Source: a virus (Duplodnaviria; Caudoviricetes). Taken from it: a DNA stretch of 27,195 nucleotides. Numbering within the stretch: the first letter of the stretch is position 1; every line of letters begins with the position of its first letter. Positions 18,601 to 24,751 of this stretch are shown here, piece by piece. A program made the translations under genes and the position numbers. The stretch covers positions 1 through 27,195 of the IMG/VR virus record IMGVR_UViG_3300012953_000177; one strand, given 5' to 3'. Below the pieces are notes generated by a model that did no database searches, had not been told where the DNA came from, and was given only the letters and a program-made list of their open reading frames with translations.

Positions 18601-21600
18601 TTAAACTAGAATAATTGACAACATCATAATCCACAACTGGATTTCTCTTAGAATCAGCATCAATATTTAAATTTACGGGTGTTAATTTATAGAATAGTTC
18701 TTTTGGAGTATTATTAGTTAGTGAAAGATCAACTCTTGCTGTTGAAGTAACGCCAACTGTCCCGACACCAACAACTTGGAATCCATCATCATTATTATTG
18801 TTAAAATATGGATTTGTAAAATTAGGATCTCTAAAGAAGTCAAGATCAAATATTTTTGTTTTTTTACCAGAAACCACCTGTGTTAGAGATGCATCAGATA
18901 CTGCGAATCCAACTTTATAACCTCTTGTTAAATTAATAGGAGGATTGATTAATGATACAGTATGATTATCACCAGCGTCTGTAATTGTAATTGTCTCTGG
19001 AATTAATTTTGTTGATTTAAATTTTGTATCGGTTAATTTAAATAAATTTTTATCAATTCTAACTATGTAGTATATGTCATTATTAACTAATGGAAGAGCT
19101 GGATCTGATGATTTATATAAAATTTTATCACCCGTCTTAAATCCATGATTGTTTAAAGTGAATACTGAAGTAGTAATGTTAACACTAGAGGATCCAAAAG
19201 ATTTTGGATCTATAATTGTTCTCTTAGTTAAATCATCATATTCAATCTGATACGAGGTTGTTATGCCTGGCGTTAAAGATATTGAAACCTTGTCATTTTG
19301 CAATAAACCATGATTCTCTTTACATACAACAGTTCCAACTATTTTTTCAATAAAACCAGTGATCTCCTCTTTCTGTGGTTTAAGGCTGTGTTTAGTGCCT
19401 GTTCCATGCCCACTGTAGAAAAGACGATGTGCAGTTGAACCTATTCCAGTAGATGCTGCAGTTGATCCAATACCTATAAGATTACCAGTGGTTCCAATGC
19501 CTGCAACTGGATTAGTTGATAATCCTAAGAAATTGTCACCTTCATTGATAGCAAAAACAAATGAATTATTAGGAAGATTGAATGTTGAAATACCATTATA
19601 TACACTTAATGAAGTTCCATCACCATTTGAATATAAAAGTTTTTGACCTGTTATAAAACCATGATCTTGTAAGAATATTTGTTGTGTTGGAACAAATGTA
19701 GAACTAATTCCATTTCCAGAAACTTTATATGTATATACAACAGTTGATCCAACTCCAACTCCAGCAGTTGATCCAAGAGCAACACTTTCTATGGGATTAA
19801 AATAATATGGAACATTAACGTTTGTCACAATATCAGAGTCGAGACCCAGATTAAAAGTAATTGATCTATTTGTAGCAGTCACAGCTTGACCCTCACTATG
19901 GGCCACACCAACAACACCATTAAATTCTCTCTGAACTCTTAATTTACTATTGATACTATCAACATTTAAAACCAACATGTTTTCTGTAAGAGGTAAACCG
20001 TTGGTGCTTCCAATACCAGAAAGACTTAGAATATCATTTGCACTTACACTTCGAGGAGAAAAATCTCCAATAACATCAATGCTTGTTACGATCCCTGTGG
20101 TTCCTGTGGTTCCAACACCAATGTTCAAAGCAAATCTTGATGTGCTAAATCCAATTCGATGTTGTCCATCAAGTCTTCTAAGAGTATCTGTTGATAAACC
20201 AGAAACAGTGACAATATCACCCTCAAGTAATCCATGAGGTTGAGTAGAAAGTCCAACAACATTTCCAGTGCGATTATTATAACTAAAGACTACATTCTCA
20301 ATTTTTGTAACAGTTGATGCAATTGATACAATTTCTTTACCACCAACTGATGATATTTTAGATGAAAAACCACTACCATTACCTACAGTTTTAATTTGTA
20401 GTTTTTCATTTACTTTATAACCAGATCCAGCATTTTCAATTTCATACTTATTAACTTTGCCTGACGATGCATAATTAACTTCAATTTCTTGTAAAACTTT
20501 TTTACGACTGTCAAAGATTCCCTCATATTCAGATCCAGAATCATCAAGTTTGTAGGGATGAGTATTTCTTTTTAAATTAAGTGTATTCAGATCAAGATCT
20601 TGATTATTTGTCTCTATGAAATTAAATTCATCAGGTTTAGCAACATAATTTTCACCAATTAAATATGGGAATACTGGAGAACGGAAATTTTTAAATGTTC
20701 CACTCGTCTCATTTTCATTTGGATTAATTGTCGCAAAGTAAGCAAATGTTCCTTTTGGAAAATCTGGAGTAATACAATATCTTCCGTTGTTTTCATCTAA
20801 ATCACCGTTTCCAAGATATTCATAGTCTTCAATAAAGAATCCAAGTGGAAAAGTTGATATTGGAGGGCCATTCTCTCTACTTGTTTTAAGAGAGTAACCA
20901 GATCTCATAATTCTTACAACACCACCGTCTTTACGATCATAACCATAAGGGCCATAAATCGGATTACCGTCATAAGACCAACCAATAATCGGTGAGTGAT
21001 TTAAAGATACCTGTTCTGCATTGTTTAAAAGATTTAAATCATTTGATGCATAATCAATTGTTCCATCACTATTTTTTTGTTTTAATATTTTTCTAAGACC
21101 TCTAGGAACATAGAATGATGTAAATTTAATTCCCTCATCATTATCACCTCTTGATAAAAAACCATCATCATCATAAAATATATCTTCGTATCTCTTAACA
21201 TTATTAATTTGCCAAGATTTAACTTTAGGTAGAAATACAACTCCAGAGCCAGGTAAATTTTCTTGAACTCCAACTAAAGACGTAGTGTATCCAACTCCAC
21301 CATTCTTAACTGTGACATTATCAACAACTCCATTACTGATTGACGAAACAACCTGAGCACCGACACCATCACCTAAGATAGTTAAATCTGGGGTAGATGT
21401 ATATTCCCCACCAGAACGAGTAACAATTACAGACTGTATTTGTCCGTTTGATACAATCGCCTTATATTCAGATGATGAACCAGAAGATACACGAACTGTA
21501 GGTGGTATACTGAAATTAAACGTTGTAGATGCGCCATAACCTATTCCAGCCTTCTCAATGTTTATAGACGTTATAGACCCCCTTACAATAGGATTTACTC

Positions 21601-24600
21601 GTGCATGGTGGTTCTCAGGGTGAGATGTTTCTATTCCAATTGTGCCTCTTACTTCAACAGTAATTGGTGGATAATTAAATACATGATCTCCAGAACCAAT
21701 TGATGTTAAACCAACAAATTGATTTGATGTGTAATTTACATCTGAAAGAGTAGTTCCAATTCCCGCTGATGCAAGTCTAAATTGATTGTCATTTACTTTT
21801 AAGACATAGTAATCTTGATCCGTGTCAAGGCCACCTATTCTGACACCATCATTGGAGTATCTGATTAACTCACCATCCCCAAAACCATGATTATCATATT
21901 CAATATAATCAGAGAAAGTATTAATACCACTTAAAGGAATCAATCTTTTTTTATTTTCAAACCCTTCGCCTGGATTATCAACTATAATATCACCTAAAAT
22001 AAGTTTTTTATCTACACTTTGAAATCTCTGTGTTCCATCAGCAAAACCTGTGAGGTTTAAAAGATTTGATTGAGTTAAAGCATCATCTTTTGTATTTGCT
22101 AATTTAACTGTTGTTCCGTTTATTCTTGATACAAAGTAAGAAGCATCATTTACAAGTCTTTGATCTGGTGTTTCTTGAGTTAAAGTCGTAGTAATACCAG
22201 CACTTGCAATACCAATCGCACCCGCTCCAAATGTTTTATAAATTACTTCTTCTCCGTCACGGAACTTATGAAATGTTCCAAAACCAATTGTATCATCAGC
22301 AATATTAATAGCATTACCTGTAGAAGATGCATCAAAATCAATAAAATGATCTACTTGTCTTAATCTTGGTCTTAAAACAGCATTACTTCCATTTCCTCCT
22401 TTAATTTCTATAACTGGTGGATCAACATAATCAAAGCCTGGATCTATGATGTCGATTCTTTCAATCTGACCTTTTACAACAGGTGTTGCACTTACACCAA
22501 CACCAGCTAAACTTTCAATATCAACTCTTGGTGGATTTATAATATCATATCCAGAGCCACCCTCCAACACATCAATAGATTCAACACCACCAAAAAATAT
22601 AACATCTCCAGATTTATAATTTGATATCTCTGTTCCGTTGATTAATATTCCAGTTGTGCCTGGTATAGTTTGATACTGGTTTCCATCAAAAAATGGATTT
22701 AATGAAATTCTTTTTAATAATTTTTGATGATCTAGTTTTTTACCTGTTAAATCTGGAACTGAAACTTTAAAGGTTCCTGTTCCAGTTGCATTTACAAAGT
22801 TTTGATTGATTAAATCTGGTAAAGAGTTTGCGAGACGTATATTATTAGAATTAACACGACTTACAAAGTAATTATTTCCATCAATCAGTTGACCTAAAGA
22901 ACCACTAATCACATTATATGTGACAACTTCTCCAGAATAAAACCCATGATCTGATGCACCCTCTGTAACCTGTATTAACTGTATAACGTCTCCGCCAGTG
23001 GCGCCAGTCCATGTTATAGAACGATCTGGTGCGACTATAGGTTCATTACCTAAACTTGGAATAGAAGGCGAGGCAACGTAGGCATGAGGATGTGGCGGTA
23101 ATGCATTAACATTATCACTCTCATGATCATAAGTATTTTGAACATCAGTTGTATATTTTGTAATATTATCATGAAGTGAACTATTTCCTCTTTTTAATTT
23201 TCTTCTGATAAATGAAATTGAAGTTTCATTGATTCCAGGCAAGTCACCTAATATGATAGTTGAACTACTAATTACACTTAAAACTCTTCCAATTCCAATT
23301 ACATTAGAATTACCATCTAAAACCTCAATAGAATCCTCCTCTAATAGTTGATGATCTGATTCTGTTATAATAGTAAAACTACTTGATGATTGACGTGTGA
23401 CTGTTTTTGGAGCTTGTTTTACAGTCGTATTGTAAATCCATGATCCAAAATTAAAATCTTCTGAACTTTTATTGATACCAAATGTTCCCACACGAACCCG
23501 ATCACCTTTATTAAAATAAAAAGTTTCTTGTGGAATTGCAAAATCTTTTAAAACTCCAGTAATTACAACTTCAATTTTATTAGTATCACTTGCAAAAGAA
23601 TATCCATATGCAACATTGTTGTATCTAACATCATCACCAATAGATAATACATCTCTCATGGTAGCTAAACCAACGAATTGATTTGTAGTTTTACCTGTGT
23701 ATGTAACAACTCCAACACTAGTTGTTGGTAATGACAAAGAACCGCTTGTAGGGAATCCAACTGTGGTATCAACTGTGATTACAGTCCCACCAATCGAAAC
23801 AGGATCAGTAACACGAGTTCTGCCTGGAACTTTAAAATGACCATCAATTGAATCCTTTGATATACTTATTTGATAGTAATGTTCTCCATCATATACAAAA
23901 TCTTTAACATCTGATATTGCACCAGAAGCACCTAAAATATTTTTATCAGTTTCATCTAAATCTTGAAAAAGTGTTGATCCTTTTAAATTTCTTGGATCAC
24001 CTGTAATCGCTTTAACTACAAAATCCTGAGCAAAACCATAATCAGCATCAGACGGTTTAATTAAGAACTCAGATGGTTTGATAATTTTAACTTCTTCACC
24101 ATATAATGCTCGGAATAAAATTTTATATGACTCATCAGTTCCTTTTGTTCTATAAAAATCTTTAATTTGACGAATAAACTTAATTTGATCTAAATCACTA
24201 TCAAATTTTCTTTGTTCAAATCCACTTGCAAAGGTGGTTTTGATTTTTTTATAAAAATCACGAATAAAAAGATTCGATAAATTGAAAACTTTTGTTCCAC
24301 CAGTGTGTGCAGCACCAACACTTGTATTAAATGATAATAGATCAGGACGAGTAGGTTGATCCATATTATCAACGCCACTGAACCCTCTTACACACCCTGT
24401 GAAGGACGTTGTTCCAATGCCTGTGTATGTAATGATCTCATCATCAATTTTAAGTAATCCGTATTTACTTGGATAACCTTTTGTGCTATCAACAAAAATT
24501 GTATCAGAAAAGGACTCCGTATTTGTAGACAGTCCTGTGTATTCAGTGAGAGCAGCGCCAACGTATGTTTGTAACTTAGTATATCGATCAATATTCTCTG

Positions 24601-24751
24601 CAATGTTTATAGATCCACCTTGATATTCTTGGGAAATATAATATTGCTTCATAAAATCCACAAAAAGTGGACTTTCTGACTGCACAAACTCAGGTAACTG
24701 ATTTTCAATTACCTGATTGATTTCGACTCGTTGTATAGAGGTGTCAATCAT
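12611..24751 (-). CDS. gp7: Giant baseplate wedge initiator (T4 gp7-like), multidomain, with a YHYH-family domain and repeats
   Basis: Located between gp6 and gp8. N-terminal I.NQLPEFV...FVDF.KQYY.SQE, FIRQIKDFYRTKGT..SYKILFRALYGE, and IQDSDYYQNFSY...WKDPV.SLTH..GFKNF match gp7-like proteins of cyanophages. One uninterrupted 4046-aa frame. Confidence 0.85.
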   Translation of the reverse strand: MIDTSIQRVEINQVIENQLPEFVQSESPLFVDFMKQYYISQEYQGGSINIAENIDRYTKLQTYVGAALTEYTGLSTNTESFSDTIFVDSTKGYPSKYGLLKIDDEIITYTGIGTTSFTGCVRGFSGVDNMDQPTRPDLLSFNTSVGAAHTGGTKVFNLSNLFIRDFYKKIKTTFASGFEQRKFDSDLDQIKFIRQIKDFYRTKGTDESYKILFRALYGEEVKIIKPSEFLIKPSDADYGFAQDFVVKAITGDPRNLKGSTLFQDLDETDKNILGASGAISDVKDFVYDGEHYYQISISKDSIDGHFKVPGRTRVTDPVSIGGTVITVDTTVGFPTSGSLSLPTTSVGVVTYTGKTTNQFVGLATMRDVLSIGDDVRYNNVAYGYSFASDTNKIEVVITGVLKDFAIPQETFYFNKGDRVRVGTFGINKSSEDFNFGSWIYNTTVKQAPKTVTRQSSSSFTIITESDHQLLEEDSIEVLDGNSNVIGIGRVLSVISSSTIILGDLPGINETSISFIRRKLKRGNSSLHDNITKYTTDVQNTYDHESDNVNALPPHPHAYVASPSIPSLGNEPIVAPDRSITWTGATGGDVIQLIQVTEGASDHGFYSGEVVTYNVISGSLGQLIDGNNYFVSRVNSNNIRLANSLPDLINQNFVNATGTGTFKVSVPDLTGKKLDHQKLLKRISLNPFFDGNQYQTIPGTTGILINGTEISNYKSGDVIFFGGVESIDVLEGGSGYDIINPPRVDIESLAGVGVSATPVVKGQIERIDIIDPGFDYVDPPVIEIKGGNGSNAVLRPRLRQVDHFIDFDASSTGNAINIADDTIGFGTFHKFRDGEEVIYKTFGAGAIGIASAGITTTLTQETPDQRLVNDASYFVSRINGTTVKLANTKDDALTQSNLLNLTGFADGTQRFQSVDKKLILGDIIVDNPGEGFENKKRLIPLSGINTFSDYIEYDNHGFGDGELIRYSNDGVRIGGLDTDQDYYVLKVNDNQFRLASAGIGTTLSDVNYTSNQFVGLTSIGSGDHVFNYPPITVEVRGTIGIETSHPENHHARVNPIVRGSITSINIEKAGIGYGASTTFNFSIPPTVRVSSGSSSEYKAIVSNGQIQSVIVTRSGGEYTSTPDLTILGDGVGAQVVSSISNGVVDNVTVKNGGVGYTTSLVGVQENLPGSGVVFLPKVKSWQINNVKRYEDIFYDDDGFLSRGDNDEGIKFTSFYVPRGLRKILKQKNSDGTIDYASNDLNLLNNAEQVSLNHSPIIGWSYDGNPIYGPYGYDRKDGGVVRIMRSGYSLKTSRENGPPISTFPLGFFIEDYEYLGNGDLDENNGRYCITPDFPKGTFAYFATINPNENETSGTFKNFRSPVFPYLIGENYVAKPDEFNFIETNNQDLDLNTLNLKRNTHPYKLDDSGSEYEGIFDSRKKVLQEIEVNYASSGKVNKYEIENAGSGYKVNEKLQIKTVGNGSGFSSKISSVGGKEIVSIASTVTKIENVVFSYNNRTGNVVGLSTQPHGLLEGDIVTVSGLSTDTLRRLDGQHRIGFSTSRFALNIGVGTTGTTGIVTSIDVIGDFSPRSVSANDILSLSGIGSTNGLPLTENMLVLNVDSINSKLRVQREFNGVVGVAHSEGQAVTATNRSITFNLGLDSDIVTNVNVPYYFNPIESVALGSTAGVGVGSTVVYTYKVSGNGISSTFVPTQQIFLQDHGFITGQKLLYSNGDGTSLSVYNGISTFNLPNNSFVFAINEGDNFLGLSTNPVAGIGTTGNLIGIGSTAASTGIGSTAHRLFYSGHGTGTKHSLKPQKEEITGFIEKIVGTVVCKENHGLLQNDKVSISLTPGITTSYQIEYDDLTKRTIIDPKSFGSSSVNITTSVFTLNNHGFKTGDKILYKSSDPALPLVNNDIYYIVRIDKNLFKLTDTKFKSTKLIPETITITDAGDNHTVSLINPPINLTRGYKVGFAVSDASLTQVVSGKKTKIFDLDFFRDPNFTNPYFNNNNDDGFQVVGVGTVGVTSTARVDLSLTNNTPKELFYKLTPVNLNIDADSKRNPVVDYDVVNYSSLKIEDSVYNGTFNIIGIGSTTFKFNIPRQPEKDVYTKDEAVVLKYATSSTTTSGSIDNIELTSKGRGYNTIPVVTSVASTEGVGAIIRLNSTDVGTLRRYAIKNIGFDYSADNTIQPSVQLPQILRLDKLSTISNIGISSGGKNYLEPPKVVVIDRVTGQVNDEIITRSKLQGTSVSEVQLLRNTNSLYDTNPKIVATNNTNGIKVKNLSFTSGTNVVDLTLEGTFTTSTYPFTLGKKIYVENIGIGSTGSGYNSSNYSYEPFVITGVNTNPGGGNATVSYKLDTLITNPGIFSGPSSSGRVIPFEDVASFNIGIKPNQFSVGEIISTGDKVGTVVGWNEDNKYLKVLSNDTFKVDESINGRSSKSIAFITQTNTFSSTFEIDSNSEVRSGFRKETGKLNTELQKIQDSDYYQNFSYSLNSPIQYETWKDPVNSLTHVVGFKNFADVNIVSIASTDDKNRSKASVGVSSNVSVVVSDLVSENESLHKTYDFDLVTENSKNIDGLFASDEINFSNKIITDYIESRTNRVIPIDSVSSQFNDLPRATAFSDVADFDITEVDGVKFYVLVFDTRFSGEKQIMQVNLLHDQSTGYMMSFGRVETQIDLGTFDFSVSGNIGSLRFFPAKSKNNNYAVRILSQETFKDTKTTGISSLTVGTGYEIKSVSSGIGSTDPSPVQVVGFGTTAFTTTKLLVLTNELGGEERSQLNELVVLNDSEEVYLLDYAQMTNDNTSPTDSPSVGLGTFGADVRSGITSVYFTPETGIGVTMRIHQTSIGSTATGIGSTTISLNQILTTTTDIASTGTPKPTRISGFSSNTYVASDALIEIHDTTNDRYAVTQVTMIHDSVTPYFTEFGYMDNFSNNNSGIGTVGVGYSSASGGDLELRLTPPANTAVTTKVFQYNLRETGTGGVGFVTFTDSRLKSQEGTYTGTDNDIKFSFSLKNEGSPIFHKVFDSEDDTIIDLVNNQFIIDNHFFQTGEEITYNPIGSGTTMNIGIAATTITGIGVTNKLPSTVFAVKIAENKFKLAETAAKALQPVPEILNITAVGVGTTQAFTAKDLNSKALVTLDNNIQSPVIQSPVNTTLAADAGTVSDFITLSGISSFFSGDVIKINNEFMKIDTVGIGASNRLLVKRAQLNSALANHSEDDTVTKFLGNYQIVKDTISFTDAPKGEKGPSGLTTSNTFVGRIFTHTGIPGGTQDTYSNNFVFDTVEDQFTGISTNFILKSGGANVTGFATNTGVILLNEIFQNPNDDYIISETAGITSVSFTGAGVSVGYDVNVSSIPRGGVIVSVAETSSFGYQSLVAAGGTAIVSAAGTVESVSIGNSGSGYRVGLQTNILVKAVTSSGIVTIGKANVSAGLVTSVTITNGGGSGFSSATPPVLEFQRPLNYENMRLVGSSTGIGASVSVRVGAASSIISFQITNYGYNYKIGDVLTIEEGGQAGILTSANVGVTTFSLTVEDTFNDSFSGFTFGELEKLNTFENLFDGDRKTFNITKTVGATETPITLRSAKGSPIKPEYNCLVFLNDIIQIPFESYVFNGGSQITFSEAPKLGDKLRIYYYRGSEHDVIDVDILETVKPGDKLTINQYPDVGLDFVYQQLPRTISGITTSDAVTTNTYIDSGITTNRTLERPVTWKKQIADVVIGNIDVGKDRVELEAGIRPTAYIINNVSAASTEIFVDSAVPLFDQTDDIVEVKQSVLILDRTTKTGVAATALVSGTGGISTAIISSGGSGYTSTPLVSIGVTAGIGTIHAGIGTTSTNATAIATISGVGTVSAITIVNAGVGYTNTNPPVVMIEAQAQTQETVSSVKYEGDFGHIVGIATTSVTGIGTALQLDLYVPDNSVLRDTSVMSSAISVSGIQSGYYFTAFETNVGGGVTSYQGAIGNDNEISGVGTIHLDNIYKVHSAKNITGPALLSTGVGNTTLRRVTVSIDSIEGITRPVGIGTTINGLYYGKYSWGRLHDFVKPETNSFTSVNTDGVTGIKTGPVIIRSRDLKESYI
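15945..16925 (-). repeat. Three tandem ~110-aa degenerate domains in the C-terminal extension of gp7
   Basis: QVNLLHD..GYMMSFG..LGTF..LRFFP, ELVVLND..VYLLDYA..LGTF..VYFTP and QVTMIHD..PYFTEFG..IGTV..LRLTP. Boundaries are approximate. Confidence 0.6.
20655..20998 (-). other. YHYH-family-like domain segment within gp7
   Basis: HSPIIGWSYDGNPIYGPYG...EDYEY...GDLDENNGRYCITPDFPKGTFAYFAT...FPYLIG. Confidence 0.7.

Larger units (their letters stand above)
15670..23360 (-). repeat. About nine dispersed H-G-F/L-x2-G-D/E-x-V/I-x-Y beta modules in gp7 (E1-FCCH-like)
   Basis: HQLLEEDSI, HGFYSGEVVTY, HKFRDGEEVIY, HGFGDGELIRY, HGLLEGDIVTV, HGFITGQKLLY, HGLLQNDKVSI, HGFKTGDKILY and HFFQTGEEITY. Most are followed by YFV/YYV...I/FRLA or FKL. 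Confidence 0.7.

Noticed and set aside
940-23827. Explaining the Pro-Gly codon bias by tRNA/codon-pair preference or by avoidance of only SexAI (ACCWGGT) and PfoI (TCCNGGA) sites
   Set aside because: Codon-pair preference does not explain why all four non-GGC cases carry the motif on the opposite strand. Avoiding those two sites would still allow e.g. ACCWGGA or TCCWGGT, which I did not find.
3217-24751. Inteins, introns, homing endonucleases or DGR variable/template repeats in the giant ORFs
   Set aside because: No Hint-domain (C...HN-C/S/T), LAGLIDADG/HNH or reverse-transcriptase motifs were recognised, and no near-identical nucleotide repeat pair was seen by eye. A dot-plot would be needed to exclude this fully.
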